64,000 nucleotides of DNA. It comes from a bacterium. Its GTDB lineage: Bacteria; UBA8248. This document shows, piece after piece, positions 39,003-56,200 of this stretch (its first letter is position 1; the number at the start of each line of letters is the position of its first letter). The notes beneath the pieces were generated by a model that ran no database searches, was not told the origin of the DNA, and worked only from the letters and a program-made list of their open reading frames with translations. The position numbers were made by a program, and so were the translations under genes. The DNA lies in contig OZ241875.1 of assembly GCA_965203325.1 (NCBI GenBank), positions 1,120,001-1,184,000 on the forward strand. Direction: 5' to 3'.

Positions 39003-39371
39003 TCACAGAACCTCAGGCGCGAGCGAAACGATGCGCATGAACCGCTTGCGTCTCAACTCGCGGGCCACGGGCCCGAAAATGCGCGTCCCCATCGGTTCGC
39101 GCGCCTCATTGATGATGACGACGGCATTGTCGTCGAAGCGAATGTAGGTGCCGTCCTCGCGCCCGGTCTCCTTGACGGTCCGAACGACGACGGCGCGCCG
39201 GACTTCCCCCTTCTTCACGGGACTGTTCGGCACGGCTTCCTTAATCGCCACGACGATGATGTCGCCGATCCGCGCGTACCGCCGCCGCGAGCCGCCCAAC
39301 ACCTTGATGCACTGGGCGCGCTTCGCCCCCGAATTGTCCGCCACGCTGCACATTGTTTCGACCTGAATCAT
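39003..39371 (-). CDS. rplN: 50S ribosomal protein L14
   Basis: [22 protein letters not shown]. Confidence 0.98.
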   Translation of the reverse strand: MIQVETMCSVADNSGAKRAQCIKVLGGSRRRYARIGDIIVVAIKEAVPNSPVKKGEVRRAVVVRTVKETGREDGTYIRFDDNAVVIINEAREPMGTRIFGPVARELRRKRFMRIVSLAPEVL

Positions 39372-39383
39372 TTTTTCGGTTCC

Positions 39384-39644
39384 CTACTTGCTGCGCTCGA
39401 TTACATCCAGAAGACGCCAGCGCTTCCTCCGGCTCATCGGCCTGGTTTCGATGATGCGCACCCTGTCTCCCGTATTGAGTGAATTCTCCTCGTCATGAAC
39501 CAGATATTTCTTTCGCCGGCGCACGACGCGCTTGAAGGTCGTATGCTTGAACATGCGCACCACCTCGACGGTGGCGGTCTTGTCCATCACGTCGCTTACG
39601 ACTCTTCCTTCCCGAACCTTCCGCCTGCCTCGAACATCACTCAT
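39384..39644 (-). CDS. rpsQ: 30S ribosomal protein S17
   Basis: GRVVSD.MDKT, ETRPMS. Confidence 0.97.
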   Translation of the reverse strand: MSDVRGRRKVREGRVVSDVMDKTATVEVVRMFKHTTFKRVVRRRKKYLVHDEENSLNTGDRVRIIETRPMSRRKRWRLLDVIERSK

Positions 39645-39866
39645 CTACGATCCCTCTCCCTCGGCGCCCGCGGCCTGCGCGCTTTCGCGCTCACGCTTTG
39701 AAGTCAACACCCGCGCCAAATCCCGCTTCAACAGTCCGATGCGCGCCGTGTTGTCCAGTTGGCCCGTCGCCTTTCGAAAGCGCAGGTTGAACAACTCCTG
39801 ACGCAATTCGTTCTCCTTGAACCCGAGTTCTTCATCGCTCAGTTCGAGGACCTCGCCGTATTTCAC
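39645..39866 (-). CDS. rpmC: 50S ribosomal protein L29
   Basis: ELFNLRF, ATGQL, ARVLT. Confidence 0.96.
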   Translation of the reverse strand: MKYGEVLELSDEELGFKENELRQELFNLRFRKATGQLDNTARIGLLKRDLARVLTSKRERESAQAAGAEGEGS

Positions 39867-39879
39867 GCCATCATCCCCC

Positions 39880-40287
39880 TCAGGAAGAGGTTACAATCCT
39901 GGTTTTGCACGGCAGCTTCTGGGCGGCCAGGCGTAGCGCCTCGCGGGCGACGTCGTCGGCGACGCCGTCCATCTCGTAGAGAATCCTGCCCGCGCGCACG
40001 GGCGCCATCCAGTACTCGGGCGAACCCTTGCCCTTGCCCATGCGAACCTCGGCCGGTTTCTTGCACATGGGCTTATCGGGGAAAAGACGAATCCATATCC
40101 GCCCACCGCGCTTGACGTGGCGCGTCATCGCGATACGGGCCGCCTCAATCTGGCGCGCCGTAATGTGCGTCGTCTCCAGGGTTTGAAGCCCGTAGGAGCC
40201 GAACGAGAGCGTCGAGCCGCGCTGGGCCTTGCCGTCCAGACGACCCTTCTGCGTCTTTCTGAACTTCGTTCTTTTCGGCTGCAGCAT
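39880..40287 (-). CDS. rplP: 50S ribosomal protein L16
   Basis: [18 protein letters not shown]. Confidence 0.98.
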   Translation of the reverse strand: MLQPKRTKFRKTQKGRLDGKAQRGSTLSFGSYGLQTLETTHITARQIEAARIAMTRHVKRGGRIWIRLFPDKPMCKKPAEVRMGKGKGSPEYWMAPVRAGRILYEMDGVADDVAREALRLAAQKLPCKTRIVTSS

Positions 40288-40307
40288 GTCTCGCTCCTAA
40301 GCGCCTG

Positions 40308-40970
40308 TTACGAACCCAGGGTCTGGGAAGGCGTTCTTCTCGCTTGCCGGATCATCTCGCCCCTGAATATCCAGACCTTCACCCCGATGATTCCGTATGT
40401 CGTCTTGCCTTCGGCGAAGCCATAGTCGATGTCCGCGCGAAGGGTCTGAAGCGGCACGCGGCCCTCCCGGTACCACTCGGTTCGCGCGATCTCGGCGCCC
40501 CCGAGCCTGCCGGAACACTGAATCTTCACGCCCTTGGCGCCGAAGCGAAGGGCGGAGGTCACCGCTTTTTTCATCGCTCGGCGAAAGGCGATCCGGCGCT
40601 CGAGCTGCATGGCGATGTTCTCGGCCACGAGCTGGGCGTCCATCTCGGCCTTTCGCACTTCCTTGATGTTCACGTTCACCTGGTTGCCGGTGAGTTCCTG
40701 CAGATCCGCTTTCAGCCTGTCTACCTCGGCACCGCGCTTTCCGATGATGATGCCCGGCCGGGCCGTCCAGATGTTGATGCGCGCACGCTCGCTCGCCCGC
40801 TCTATCTCCACGTTGCTCACGCCTGCGTGCGAGAGGCGCTCCTTCACGTACTTTCGGATGCGCTGATCGTCCAGAAGCAGGTCGCCGAAATTGTGCTTGG
40901 CGAACCAGTGCGAATTCCAGCCTCTGGTGATGCCGACCCGAAAACCGATGGGGTGAACTTTTTGACCCAT
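40308..40970 (-). CDS. rpsC: 30S ribosomal protein S3
   Basis: [25 protein letters not shown]. Confidence 0.98.
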   Translation of the reverse strand: MGQKVHPIGFRVGITRGWNSHWFAKHNFGDLLLDDQRIRKYVKERLSHAGVSNVEIERASERARINIWTARPGIIIGKRGAEVDRLKADLQELTGNQVNVNIKEVRKAEMDAQLVAENIAMQLERRIAFRRAMKKAVTSALRFGAKGVKIQCSGRLGGAEIARTEWYREGRVPLQTLRADIDYGFAEGKTTYGIIGVKVWIFRGEMIRQARRTPSQTLGS

Positions 40971-40980
40971 TTGTATCCCC

Positions 40981-41316
40981 CTAATTCGCTTCGCCGATAT
41001 CCACGCGGATGTGGCAACTTCTGTGTTTGACGCGTCCGATGCGTCCGCGCGCCCGCGCGCGGAAGCGCTTGAGCGTCGGCCCCACGTCGACCCGAACGCT
41101 CTTCACGATGAGACCTTCGGGATCGTCATGCTCCCCCTTGTCGGTGGCGTTCGCGAGCGCGGAGAGAAGCACCTTCTCCACCACCTTGGCCGATGAGCGC
41201 GTGGACAGGCGCAAAAGGTTGAGAGCGTCCGCCACCCGCTTGCCGCGGATCATATCCGCTATCTGGCGCGTCTTGCGCGGCTTGGCGCGGTGATATTTCA
41301 AAATCGCCTTGGACAT
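40981..41316 (-). CDS. rplV: 50S ribosomal protein L22
   Basis: PRK, IRGK, RARGR. Confidence 0.96.
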   Translation of the reverse strand: MSKAILKYHRAKPRKTRQIADMIRGKRVADALNLLRLSTRSSAKVVEKVLLSALANATDKGEHDDPEGLIVKSVRVDVGPTLKRFRARARGRIGRVKHRSCHIRVDIGEAN

Positions 41317-41353
41317 GTCATTCCCTTGCCTGTTTCGACCGACCCGCCAAAAC

Positions 41354-41638
41354 CTACTTCAGCGTAACCTGCCGCTTCGTCATTCCCGAATGCGAGCGGA
41401 AGGTGCGGGTGGGAGAAAAATCCCCGAGCTTGAAGCCCACCATGTTCTCCGTCACGTACACGGGCACGAATTTCTTGCCGTTGTGCACGGCGAACGTATG
41501 GCCCACGAAATCCGGTACGATGGTGGAGCGCCTCGACCAGGTCCTGATCATCCGCTTCTCGCCGCTCTCGTCCATCGCCTCCACTTTCTTGCGTAGGTGA
41601 GCATCTACGAATGGGCCCTTGTGAAGAGAACGTGGCAT
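41354..41638 (-). CDS. rpsS: 30S ribosomal protein S19
   Basis: KGPFVD, TWSRRS, VHNGK. Confidence 0.98.
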   Translation of the reverse strand: MPRSLHKGPFVDAHLRKKVEAMDESGEKRMIRTWSRRSTIVPDFVGHTFAVHNGKKFVPVYVTENMVGFKLGDFSPTRTFRSHSGMTKRQVTLK

Positions 41639-41664
41639 CGCTATCCAATCTCCCTGAAATCCGG

Positions 41665-42495
41665 CTACCTGGATTTTCTTCGCCGCACGATGAATTTAGA
41701 AGAAGGCTTATCCTTCTTGCGCGTCTTGTAGCCTTTCGTCGGCTTGCCCCACGGGGTCACCGGGTGCCTGCCTCCCGAACTCTTGCCCTCGCCGCCGCCC
41801 AGCGGGTGATCCACCGGATTCATGGCCACGCCGCGAACGTTGGGACGACGACCCAGCCACCGCTTTCGCCCCGCCTTGCCGAGGCTCACGTTGCTATGGT
41901 CCGAATTTCCCACCTCTCCTATCGTGGCGTAGCAGGAAAGGTGAATCATGCGGACCTCTCCGGAGGAGAGCCGGAACTGCGCGTAATTCCCCTCCTTCGC
42001 CATGAGCTGGGCGCTCACGCCCGCGCTGCGGGCGATCTGCCCGCCACGCCCCGGCTTCATCTCGATGTTGTGGCACGTGGTGCCCAGCGGAATCCGGTCC
42101 ACGGGCAGCGCGTTTCCGACGCGGATTTCCGCCTCCGGCCCGGAGCTTATGGTCGCGCCCACTTCCAGGCCATCGGGCGCGATGATGTAGCGCTTCTCGC
42201 CGTCGAGATAGACGATGAGCGCCAACCGCGCGGAGCGGTTCGGATCATATTCGATTGAACGCACCTTGCCGGGCACGCCGGTTTTCTCGCGCCGAAAATC
42301 CACCACCCGGTAGCGGCGCTTGTGGCCTCCGCCCCTCTGATAGGTGGTGATGCGTCCCCGGTTGTTCCGTCCGCCGGATTTCGACATCCCCTTGGTCAGG
42401 GACTTCTCGGGCCGATCCGTCGTAATCTCGTCCCGCACGAGAACGTCCTGAAACCTCCGTCCCGGAGAAGTCGGCTTGTATTTTTTCACCGGCAT
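41665..42495 (-). CDS. rplB: 50S ribosomal protein L2
   Basis: [25 protein letters not shown]. Confidence 0.98.
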   Translation of the reverse strand: MPVKKYKPTSPGRRFQDVLVRDEITTDRPEKSLTKGMSKSGGRNNRGRITTYQRGGGHKRRYRVVDFRREKTGVPGKVRSIEYDPNRSARLALIVYLDGEKRYIIAPDGLEVGATISSGPEAEIRVGNALPVDRIPLGTTCHNIEMKPGRGGQIARSAGVSAQLMAKEGNYAQFRLSSGEVRMIHLSCYATIGEVGNSDHSNVSLGKAGRKRWLGRRPNVRGVAMNPVDHPLGGGEGKSSGGRHPVTPWGKPTKGYKTRKKDKPSSKFIVRRRKSR

Positions 42496-42512
42496 GACAC
42501 TCGCCTCAAAAT

Positions 42513-42800
42513 CTAGGTAGATTCAAAAAATTCGATCGTGTCGCCTTCGCGCAGCGTCACAATCGCTTTTTTCCATGCGGGCTTGACGCCCTGGTGACGG
42601 CCCATGCGAACCTTCTTGCCGGGCACCCGCATCGTGTTCACGTTCAGTACCGTCACGCCGAACAACTCCTGCACCGCCTTTTTTATCTCTATCTTGTTGG
42701 CTCCGACGGCGACCTCGAAGACGACCTTGTTCGCCTCCTCGGAGCTCGCGATGCTTTTTTCCGTCACGCAGGGTCTGCGGATGATGGATGTGTTTTCCAT
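42513..42800 (-). CDS. rplW: 50S ribosomal protein L23
   Basis: [20 protein letters not shown]. Confidence 0.97.
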   Translation of the reverse strand: MENTSIIRRPCVTEKSIASSEEANKVVFEVAVGANKIEIKKAVQELFGVTVLNVNTMRVPGKKVRMGRHQGVKPAWKKAIVTLREGDTIEFFEST

Positions 42801-42803
42801 GAC

Positions 42804-43430
42804 CTAGCCCGCCAACCTTTCCGAGATGCCGCCGAGCGCGCCCTTGGTGCAAACGAGGTGCTCGTGACCCATGATGTCGTATACGTTCAGACCCTCGGGC
42901 CTCATCGGTTTCGCGCCCTTGATGTTTCTCGTCGCCAACTCGAAATTCCGCTCGTCCCCGTCGTTCACGATCAACGCCTTGCGCCCGAGGTTCAGGTTCT
43001 CGATGACTTCCACCATGAGGCGCGTCTTGGGTTCGGGCAGATTGAGGTCGCGCACGACGAGCAGTTTTCCTTCTTTCCATTTCAGATTCAGGGCGCTCCG
43101 GAGTGCGCCGCTTTTCATCTTCTTGTTCATCTTTTGGGTGTAATCGCGCGGTTTGGGGCCGAAGGTGATCCCCCCGTGCCGCCATATCGGGGACTTGACG
43201 TCGCCCGCGCGAGCGCGTCCCCCGCCCTTTTGGCGAAAAGGCTTCGCGCCCGTGCCGTGCACTTCCTTGCGCGTCAGCGTCGAATGCGTGCCTGCGCGCC
43301 GCGCCGCGAGTTGCGCCTTCACCATCTGGTGGATCAGGTGCACCTTCACCTCACCGTCAAAAACGGACTCGGGCAGATCCATCTGCTCCACCACCTGGCC
43401 TTCCAAGTCATACACATCAATCGTGGGCAT
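42804..43430 (-). CDS. rplD: 50S ribosomal protein L4
   Basis: RAGTH, KPFRQKGGGRARAG, FGPKPR. Confidence 0.97.
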   Translation of the reverse strand: MPTIDVYDLEGQVVEQMDLPESVFDGEVKVHLIHQMVKAQLAARRAGTHSTLTRKEVHGTGAKPFRQKGGGRARAGDVKSPIWRHGGITFGPKPRDYTQKMNKKMKSGALRSALNLKWKEGKLLVVRDLNLPEPKTRLMVEVIENLNLGRKALIVNDGDERNFELATRNIKGAKPMRPEGLNVYDIMGHEHLVCTKGALGGISERLAG

Positions 43431-43438
43431 GTCGTTCC

Positions 43439-44152
43439 TCAATTCCCTCGCGCGGCCCGCTTCGAAGCCTTCAGGGGGTTCAGGCTCCTGGCCTGCTCCT
43501 TCGGTTTTTCCAGCCCGCCCCTGTTGCCCTTGACGCTCTTGCGCAAAACCACAAATCCATCGTTCGCTCCGGGCACGGCGCCCCTGAGCAGAAGCAGATT
43601 CTCCTCGGGGATGACGTCCACCACCAAGAGTCCCTGCGTGGTGACCTTCTCGTTCCCCATCTGGCCCGGCATCTTCTTGCCCTTGATGATCTTCGAGGGA
43701 TACGCCGAAGCGCCCATCGCTCCCGGCAGGCGATCGAACATGCCGCCGTGGGAGGCGGGCCCGCCGCCGAACCCATGGCGCTTCATCACGCCCGCGAAGC
43801 CGCGGCCCTTGCTCGTGCCCGTCACGTCGAGCCGATCGCCGCGATCGAATATCGTCACGTCGATGAGGCTGCCCGCCTCGAGTTCCGCGTCCTCATCCTC
43901 CAGCGGAACTTCCTTGAGATATCGAAACGGCTGCGTCCCCGCTTTTTGGAAATGGCCCAAAGCCGCTTTCGAGAGGCCCTTTTCCTTTCGGGGCATGTAC
44001 CCGAGCTGAACGGCCGTGTAGCCGTCGTTCTCCTCGGTCTTGCGCTGCACGACGATGCAAGGTCCCGCCTCGACCACCGTCACCGAGATCGCTCCGCCAT
44101 CCGGCGAAAACACCTGGGTCATCCCGACTTTTCGACCAAGCAAAAATTCCAT
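43439..44152 (-). CDS. rplC: 50S ribosomal protein L3
   Basis: GRKVGMTQ, SKGRGFAG, GAVPG. Confidence 0.97.
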   Translation of the reverse strand: MEFLLGRKVGMTQVFSPDGGAISVTVVEAGPCIVVQRKTEENDGYTAVQLGYMPRKEKGLSKAALGHFQKAGTQPFRYLKEVPLEDEDAELEAGSLIDVTIFDRGDRLDVTGTSKGRGFAGVMKRHGFGGGPASHGGMFDRLPGAMGASAYPSKIIKGKKMPGQMGNEKVTTQGLLVVDVIPEENLLLLRGAVPGANDGFVVLRKSVKGNRGGLEKPKEQARSLNPLKASKRAARGN

Positions 44153-44165
44153 CACATCATCCCGG

Positions 44166-44474
44166 TTAGTTCAGCTTGATTTCGACGTCTACTCCTGCGG
44201 CGAGTTCGAGCTTCATGAGCGCATCCACCGTCTGCTGGGTCGGCTCCATGATATCCACGAGCCTTTTGTGCGTCCGTATCTCGAACTGCTCTCTCGATTT
44301 CTTGTCGATGTGCGGGCCGCGCAGCACCGTGTACTTGTTGATGGAAGTGGGCAGCGGCACCGGCCCCACCAGCGAAGCGCCCGTTCGCTTCACCGTATCG
44401 ACGATCTCGCCCACCGATTGGTCCAGCAGACGGTGATCGTATGCCTTGAGTCGAATCCGAATCTTCTGGCTCAT
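44166..44474 (-). CDS. rpsJ: 30S ribosomal protein S10
   Basis: [22 protein letters not shown]. Confidence 0.98.
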   Translation of the reverse strand: MSQKIRIRLKAYDHRLLDQSVGEIVDTVKRTGASLVGPVPLPTSINKYTVLRGPHIDKKSREQFEIRTHKRLVDIMEPTQQTVDALMKLELAAGVDVEIKLN

Positions 44475-44498
44475 TTCCCCCGCTATCCTTCCATCTCT

Positions 44499-45677
44499 CT
44501 ACTCGACGACCTCGGTGACGACGCCGGCCCCCACCGTGCGGCCCCCCTCGCGTATCGCGAAGCGTAGCTCGCGCTCCATCGCTATCGGCGTGATCAATTC
44601 CACGTCCAGCGACACGTTGTCCCCCGGCATCACCATCTCCCGGCCCTCGGGCAGCGTCACCAGACCCGTCACGTCCGTCGTACGGAAATAAAACTGCGGA
44701 CGGTAGCCGTTGAAAAACGGCGTGTGACGGCCGCCCTCTTCTTTCGTCAGGATGTACACCTCGCCCTTGAACTTCAGGTGCGGCTTGATCGACGCCGGCT
44801 CCGCCAGCACCTGGCCGCGCTCTATCTCGTCTTTCTTGACACCCCGGAGCAATACGCCCACGTTGTCGCCCGCCTGGCCCTGGTCCAGGAGCTTTCGGAA
44901 CATCTCAACGCCCGTCGCGACCGTCTTCCTCGTGTCCGTGATGCCCACGATCTCCACCTCATCCCCAACGTTCACGATGCCCCGCTCCACGCGGCCCGTC
45001 GCCACCGTACCCCGGCCGGATATCGAGAAAACGTCCTCCACCGGCATCAGGAACGGTTTGTCGACGTCGCGTACGGGTTCGGGGATGTAGCCGTCCACCG
45101 CCTCCATCAACTCGTCTATCGAGGAGGTGTCCGTACCCTCCAGGGCCCTCAGCGCAGAACCCGGAACCACCGGGATGTCGTCGCCCGGGAACTCGTAGGT
45201 CGAGAGAAGCTCGCGGACTTCCAGCTCCACCAGCTCCAGGAGCTCCTCGTCGTCCACCATGTCGACCTTGTTCAAGTACACGCAGATGTAGGGTACCCCC
45301 ACCTGGCGGGCCAGCAGGATGTGCTCGCGCGTCTGCGGCATCGGGCCGTCCGCCGCCGACACCACCAGTATGGCGCCGTCCATCTGCGCCGCACCCGTTA
45401 TCATGTTCTTCACGTAGTCCGCATGGCCCGGACAGTCCACGTGCGCGTAGTGGCGGTTCTCCGTCTCGTACTCCACGTGCGCCGTCGCTATCGTGATGCC
45501 GCGTTCGCGTTCTTCGGGCGCCTTGTCGATCTCGTCGAACCCGATCTCCTCCGCCATCCCCTTCTGCGAGAGGTGCCTCGTGATCGCGGCCGTCAACGTC
45601 GTCTTACCGTGGTCCACGTGACCTATCGTCCCCACGTTCACGTGCGGCTTCGTGCGCTCAAACTTCGCCTTCGCCAT
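44499..45677 (-). CDS. tuf: Elongation factor Tu (str operon copy)
   Basis: [18 protein letters not shown]. Confidence 0.98.
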   Translation of the reverse strand: MAKAKFERTKPHVNVGTIGHVDHGKTTLTAAITRHLSQKGMAEEIGFDEIDKAPEERERGITIATAHVEYETENRHYAHVDCPGHADYVKNMITGAAQMDGAILVVSAADGPMPQTREHILLARQVGVPYICVYLNKVDMVDDEELLELVELEVRELLSTYEFPGDDIPVVPGSALRALEGTDTSSIDELMEAVDGYIPEPVRDVDKPFLMPVEDVFSISGRGTVATGRVERGIVNVGDEVEIVGITDTRKTVATGVEMFRKLLDQGQAGDNVGVLLRGVKKDEIERGQVLAEPASIKPHLKFKGEVYILTKEEGGRHTPFFNGYRPQFYFRTTDVTGLVTLPEGREMVMPGDNVSLDVELITPIAMERELRFAIREGGRTVGAGVVTEVVE

Positions 45678-45747
45678 GACGCGAATTCTCCTTCTAATAG
45701 AAAATCAAAGAGGGCGGCTCACGCCCGCCCCCTCCAGATATACCTGC

Positions 45748-47853
45748 CTATACCGTTTCGACCGCCGTGCCTGCGTTTTTCGCCATCAACTCCTCGGCAA
45801 GCTGGCGCGGCATCTCTTCATATCGGCCAAACTGCATCGTATAGGTCGCCCTGCCCTGGGTCATCGACCGAACGTCGGTCGCGTAACCGAACATTTCCGA
45901 GAGCGGGACGGAGGCGTTCACCACCTTGGCGCCCGCCCTGTCATCCATCTCTCGAATCCGGCCGCGCCGGGAGGTGAGGTCTCCCATGACATCACCCAGA
46001 AAATCCGAGGGGCACACTACTTCCATATCCATGATCGGCTCGAGCAGAACGGGCTTCGCCTTCTTCGCGGCCTCCCGGAAGGCCATGGAGCCTGCGATCT
46101 TGAAGGCCACCTCCGAACTGTCCACCTGGTGGAACGAACCATCGAAAAGCGTGACCTCAATGTCGAGCAACGGATATCCGGCCAAAACCCCGTTCTCCAT
46201 GGCTTCTCTGACGCCATTCTCGACCGCCGGGATGTATTCTCTCGGAATCACGCCGCCCACAATCTTGTTGACGAACTGAAATCCGCCGCCCGGAGCGAGC
46301 GGTCTGATGGTGATCTCCACGTCCCCGAACTGCCCGCGTCCACCGGACTGGCGCACGAAACGCCCGCGCGCGGTGGCCTCGGCCCGGATCGTTTCCCGAT
46401 AGGCGACCTGGGGTTTGCCCACGCTGGCTTCCAGCGCGAATTCCCGAAATAGCCTGTCCACCAGAATCTCCAGGTGCAACTCCCCCATGCCGGAGAGGAT
46501 GGTCTGCGCCGTCTCCTCGTCCGAACGTACCCGGAAGGTCGGGTCCTCATCCGAGAGCCTCGCCAGGGCGTTGCCGAGCTTGTCCTGGTCGGATTTCGTC
46601 TTCGGCTCGATGGCGATGGAAATAACGGGTTCGGGAAAGTTGATGCTTTCAAGAAGGATGGGGTGGGAAGGAGCGCAGAGAGTATGGCCCGTTTTGGCCT
46701 GTTTGATGCCCAGGGCGGCGACGATGTCGCCTGCGTGGGCCTCCTGTATCTCTTCACGCTTGTTCGCGTGCATTCGCATAAGACGCCCTACGCGCTCCTG
46801 CTTGCCGGTGATCGTGTTCAATACGGAGGAACCCGATTTCAGCACGCCCGAATACACGCGGATAAATACCAGTTGGCCCACATAGGGGTCCGTCATGACC
46901 TTGAAAGTCAGCGCGCAGAGCGGGTCATCGTCCGAGGGCGCTCTCTCCTCGGGCTTTCTGCCCAGTTCCAAATCTTCATCTGACAATACGGCCTGAACGG
47001 GAGGGATTTCGAGAGGAGAGGGGAGATAATCAACAATGGCGTCCAGCAGAAGCTGAACGCCCTTGTTCCTAAACGCGGAGCCGCATACGACGGGAACAAA
47101 TTCGCCGCAGATCGTTCCCTGTCGAATTGCGGCCCGAATCTCCTCGGGAGAAATCTCCTCGCCTTCCAGGTATTTCTCCACCAACGAGTCATCGAACATC
47201 GAGAGCGTGTCGAACAGCTTTTCTCTCAGATCATTGGCTTCGTCCTTCAGATTATCAGGCACTTCCGCCTCCCGGTAGGAAGCGCCCATCGGGTCGTCGA
47301 ACACCCGCGCCTTCATGGTCACGAGATCCACCATGCCGGCGAAATTCTCCTCCGCCCCGATCGGCAGTTGCAGCACGAGCGGGTTCGCGGCGAGACGTTC
47401 CCTCACTTCATTCACCACCCTTTGGAAATCCGCGCCCGTCCTGTCCATCTTGTTGACGAACACGAGGCGGGGAACGCCGTATTTCTCCGCCTGACGCCAG
47501 ACCGTCTCGCTTTGCGGCTCCACGCCGCCCACGGCGCAGAACACCGCCACAGCGCCGTCGAGAACCCGCAGGCTTCTCTCCACCTCTGCCGTGAAATCCA
47601 CATGGCCGGGCGTGTCGATGATGTTGATGACGTGATCGTTCCAGGCACAGCGCGTCGCCGCGGAGGTGATGGTGATGCCGCGTTCCTGTTCCTGCGCCAT
47701 CCAGTCCATGGTGGCCGCGCCGTCATGCACTTCGCCCATTTTGTGGGTTCGGCCCGTGTAGAACAGGACGCGCTCGGTCGTCGTCGTCTTGCCGGCATCG
47801 ATGTGCGCCATGATGCCGATGTTTCTCGTTTTCCGGAGCGCTTCGCTGGGCAC
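45748..47853 (-). CDS. fusA: Elongation factor G
   Basis: [33 protein letters not shown] start chosen from the RBS. Confidence 0.97.
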   Translation of the reverse strand: MPSEALRKTRNIGIMAHIDAGKTTTTERVLFYTGRTHKMGEVHDGAATMDWMAQEQERGITITSAATRCAWNDHVINIIDTPGHVDFTAEVERSLRVLDGAVAVFCAVGGVEPQSETVWRQAEKYGVPRLVFVNKMDRTGADFQRVVNEVRERLAANPLVLQLPIGAEENFAGMVDLVTMKARVFDDPMGASYREAEVPDNLKDEANDLREKLFDTLSMFDDSLVEKYLEGEEISPEEIRAAIRQGTICGEFVPVVCGSAFRNKGVQLLLDAIVDYLPSPLEIPPVQAVLSDEDLELGRKPEERAPSDDDPLCALTFKVMTDPYVGQLVFIRVYSGVLKSGSSVLNTITGKQERVGRLMRMHANKREEIQEAHAGDIVAALGIKQAKTGHTLCAPSHPILLESINFPEPVISIAIEPKTKSDQDKLGNALARLSDEDPTFRVRSDEETAQTILSGMGELHLEILVDRLFREFALEASVGKPQVAYRETIRAEATARGRFVRQSGGRGQFGDVEITIRPLAPGGGFQFVNKIVGGVIPREYIPAVENGVREAMENGVLAGYPLLDIEVTLFDGSFHQVDSSEVAFKIAGSMAFREAAKKAKPVLLEPIMDMEVVCPSDFLGDVMGDLTSRRGRIREMDDRAGAKVVNASVPLSEMFGYATDVRSMTQGRATYTMQFGRYEEMPRQLAEELMAKNAGTAVETV

Positions 47854-47872
47854 GGTCAATCCTTCCCTCGGC

Positions 47873-48340
47873 CTACCAACGATAATGGGCGAAGGCTTTG
47901 TTCGCCTCCGCCATGCGATGCGTGTTCTCTCGCAAGCGAACGGCGCCGCCCGTATCGTTCGCGGCGTCCATGATCTCGGCGGCGAGGCCGTTCGCAATCT
48001 TCCTGTCCCGGCTCCGCGCGTTCTGGATGATCCAGCGGATACTGAGCGCCGTGCGCCTGTCGGGCCGCACTTCCACGGGCACCTGATAGGTGGCGCCGCC
48101 CACACGCCTGGAGCGAACCTCGAGAGCGGGTTTCACGTTGTCCATGGCGCGCTTGAAGACCTTGATGGGGTCTTCCTTCATCTTCTCCTCCACCACGTCC
48201 ATCGCCCCGTAAAACACGCGCTCGGCCAGACTCTTCTTCCCCTTGAGCATCAGGGAGTTGATGAACTTGGTCACCAGCCGGTCGTTGAACTTCGGATCCG
48301 GCAAAACGGTTCTTTTCGTGGCTCTTTTTCTTCTCGCCAT
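47873..48340 (-). CDS. rpsG: 30S ribosomal protein S7
   Basis: [24 protein letters not shown]. Confidence 0.98.
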   Translation of the reverse strand: MARRKRATKRTVLPDPKFNDRLVTKFINSLMLKGKKSLAERVFYGAMDVVEEKMKEDPIKVFKRAMDNVKPALEVRSRRVGGATYQVPVEVRPDRRTALSIRWIIQNARSRDRKIANGLAAEIMDAANDTGGAVRLRENTHRMAEANKAFAHYRW

Positions 48341-48382
48341 GAAATACGAGTCTCCCTGCTGAACCTGAAACGAGAACGCCGC

Positions 48383-48757
48383 CTACTTCGGCTTTTTCGC
48401 CCCGTATTTGGAGCGCCCGTTACGACGCGCTTCCACGCCCACGCTGTCGAGCGTTCCCCGGACGACGTGATAGCGAATGCCGGGCAGATCCTTCACGCGT
48501 CCGCCGCGGATCAAGACGATGGAGTGTTCCTGAAGGTTGTGTCCCTCACCGGGGATGTAGGTGGTCACCTCCATGCCATTGGTGAGGCGCACGCGCGCGA
48601 CCTTCCGGAGCGCCGAGTTCGGCTTCTTGGGCGTCGTCGTATACACACGAACGCAAACGCCGCGCTTCTGGGGACAATTTCGCAGCGCAGGACTATCGGT
48701 TTTCGTCTGAATCCGCTTGCGTCCCTTGCGTATCAACTGGCTGATCGTCGGCACCAT
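48383..48757 (-). CDS. rpsL: 30S ribosomal protein S12
   Basis: [17 protein letters not shown]. Confidence 0.98.
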   Translation of the reverse strand: MVPTISQLIRKGRKRIQTKTDSPALRNCPQKRGVCVRVYTTTPKKPNSALRKVARVRLTNGMEVTTYIPGEGHNLQEHSIVLIRGGRVKDLPGIRYHVVRGTLDSVGVEARRNGRSKYGAKKPK

Positions 48758-48955
48758 TCACTCCGAATCATGAGAAAGCCGCCCCGAAAAATCCCGCTCT
48801 TTCGAGACCAAAGCGTTCTTCGCCCTCATCTCGGGGCCACTTATTTCGACTACGGCTGAGCCTCGAGATGGGGCAGCCAAATAATCATAATTATTTCAAT
48901 TACTTGCAAGGCTCTGCGACTTCAAGAACCACGCACTCCAGACAACGAAGCGGCG

Positions 48956-48983
48956 ATTATAGCCCTACACGCGCTCTTGTCAA
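48956..48983 (-). promoter_or_regulatory. Consensus sigma70 promoter of the str/S10 unit
   Basis: TTGACA (48978-48983)-N16-TATAAT (48956-48961). Confidence 0.8.
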
Positions 48984-49018
48984 CCTCACGTGCGGAAAAA
49001 ATCCACATTTTCAAGGGG

Positions 49019-53170
<4,152 letters not shown>

Positions 53171-53254
53171 TTCAACCCTCCTTGGGAGTATGTGCGTCAT
53201 CCCTTGGGCGACGGCCGATGGAACCGCCGAACAAACAGGCTCAGAAATTCAGGT

Positions 53255-56200
53255 CTAGCTCGGCGCCTCGCCGCTCTCTATCAATTCGACATCAAGGGCG
53301 AGACTCTGAAGCTCCTTCATCAACACGTTGAAGGATTCCGGCAGACTCGCCTCCAGCGAGTTCTCTCCTTTCACGATGGATTCATAAATCCGCGTGCGGC
53401 CGGAGACGTCATCGCTCTTCACCGTCAATATTTCCTGCAGCGTCTTGGCGGCGCCGTAGGCCTCGAGCGCCCACACCTCCATCTCACCGAGGCGCTGCCC
53501 GCCGAACTGCGCCTTGCCGCCGAGGGGCTGCTGCGTCACCAGAGAATAGGGGCCCGTCGATCGCGCGTGAATCTTGTCGTCCACGAGGTGGTGGAGCTTG
53601 AGCATGTAGATCATCCCCACCGTGACCTTCTGCTCGAAGGGCTGGCCGTTTCTTCCGTCATAGAGCTGGGTTTTGCCGTATGGCGGCAACTCCGCCTCTT
53701 CCGTAAAGCGTACGATGTCCTGCTCCGTCGCGCCGTCGAACACCGGCGTCGCGAAATGCTTGCCCAGCACCTTCGCGGCCCACCCCAGGTTCGTTTCCAG
53801 AATCTGGCCGACGTTCATGCGCGAGGGCACGCCGAGGGGGTTGAGCACGATCTCGATCGGCGTGCCGTCTTCGAGATAGGGCATGTCCTCCTCGGGAACG
53901 ATGATGGAGACGACGCCCTTGTTGCCGTGGCGGCCCGCCATCTTGTCGCCTACCTGGAGCTTGCGTTTCATCGCCACGTAGACTTTCGCCATCTTGAGAA
54001 CGCCGGGGGGAAGCTCGTCGCCGCGCTGAAGCTTGGCTATCTTTTCCTCCAAAATACTTTCGAGCAGCTCGACCTGCTCGTTCGTGTGGTCGGAGAGGAC
54101 CTTGATCTGAGCGAGCAACGCCTTATCGACGGGCAGGTTCAGGAGGTTGTCGCCGCTGAAACTCGCGAGACCTTCCGCGTTGAATTCCTCTCCCTTGGCG
54201 AAGAGCCGCTCGTCGGCTCTGGGGCGAACCACGTCGGCGAGGGCGCGCTGCCCGATGAGCAAAGAGCGGATTCTCGCGTCTCCCTCATCGAGCAGGATGC
54301 GAATTTCATCGCCGTAATCCTTCACCAGCCTGTTGATCTCCGCCTCCTCAATCTGTTGCATGCGGACATCCTTCTCCGCGCCCCGCCTGGAGAAGACGCG
54401 CACCTCCACGACCGTCCCCTCGATCCCCGGAGGCACTCTGAGCGAGGAGTCGCGGACGTCGCCCGCCTTCTCGCCGAAGATGGCCCGCAGGAGCTTCTCC
54501 TCGGGGCTCAGCTGCGTCTCTCCTTTGGGCGTGATGCGCCCGACGAGCACGTCTCCCGGATTGACCCGCGCGCCCACGCGAACGATGCCGCTCTCATCGA
54601 GGTCGCGGAGGGCTTCTTCGCTCTGATTCGGGATGTCCCGCGTGATTTCCTCGGGACCCTGCTTCGTGTCGCGCGCCTCGATTTCGAACTCCTCGATGTG
54701 CAGGGAGGTGTAGATGTCTTCCTTCACCACCTTTTCGGAGATGACGATGGCGTCCTCGAAGTTGTAGCCGTTCCAGGGCATGAAGGCGACAAGCATGTTT
54801 CTGCCCAGAGCGAGTTCGCCCTGATCGGTGGAGAACCCATCTGCGATGATGTCGCCCTTCTGCACCTCCTGGCCCACGTGTACGATGGGTTTCTGGTTGA
54901 TGCAGGTATTCTGGTTCGAACGGCGGTACTTCACCAGATTGTGGATGTAGACACCCTCTTCGGCCAGGTTTCCCGCCTGCTCGGTCGCGCGAATCACGAT
55001 TCTGGTCGCGTCCACGCTCGCCACACGGCCGTCGCATTGCGCGATGACGACCGCGCCCGAGTCCCTTGCCGCGATTCCCTCCATGCCGGTGCCGACGAAG
55101 GGCGCCTCGGGCCGCAAAAGGGGAACCGCCTGGCGCTGCATGTTCGAGCCCATGAGCGCGCGGTTCGCGTCGTCATTCTCCAGGAAGGGAATGAGGGAGG
55201 TGGCCACGCTCACCAACTGCTTGGGCGATACGTCCATGTAGTCCACCTGCTCGCGGGGCACCATAACGAACTCTCCGCTCGTCCTCGCCGAGACGAATTC
55301 GTTGACGAGGTTGCCCTTATCGTCCACGGGTGCGTTCGCCTGGGCGATCTTGTACTTGTCCTCATCGATCGCCGAGAGCCATTCGACCGATGCGCCCACG
55401 CGCCCGTTCACCACCTTGCGGCAGGGCGTTTCGATGAATCCGTACTGATTCACGCGCGCATACGTGGAAAGGCTCGCAATCAGCCCGATGTTCGGCCCCT
55501 CGGGCGTCTCGATCGGGCAAATGCGCCCGTAGTGCGTGGCATGAACGTCGCGCACTTCGAAACCGGCCCGGTCGCGCGTCAGGCCGCCGGGTCCCAGGGC
55601 CGAGAGCCTGCGCTTGTGGGTGATCTCCGAGAGGGGATTCGTCTGGTCCATGAACTGGCTCAACTGGCTGGAACCGAAAAATTCCTTCACCGCCGCCGTG
55701 ATCATCTTGGAGTTGACCAGATCGCGCACCAGCAGATTTTCCATGTCCTGGATGCTCAGCCGCTCGCGAATGGCGCGCTCCATGCGCACGAGACCGACGC
55801 GGAACTGGCTTTCGAGCAACTCGCCCACGGAGCGCACGCGCCGGTTGCCGAGATGATCGATGTCGTCCACCACCCCCTGACCATGGCGAAGCTCGATGAT
55901 GTAGCGGACCGTGGCGATAACGTCGTTGAGCGTCAGGGTTCTCTGATCCAGCGGGAGGTTCAGGCCCAGCTTCGTGTTCAGCTTCAGGCGTCCGATGCGC
56001 GACAAGTCATATCGCTTCGAGTTGAAGAAAAGATTCTCGAAAAGGAGCCTCGCCGTTTCTTTCGTCGGGGGATCGCCCGGGCGCAGGCGCTTGTATATCT
56101 CGACGAGAGCATCTTCTTGCGTCTCGCATTTATCCGACGTCAGGGTGTCGCGGATGGTCCTGTCCGCCCCCACGCCGGAGACGTAGAGAATCGCCAGCTT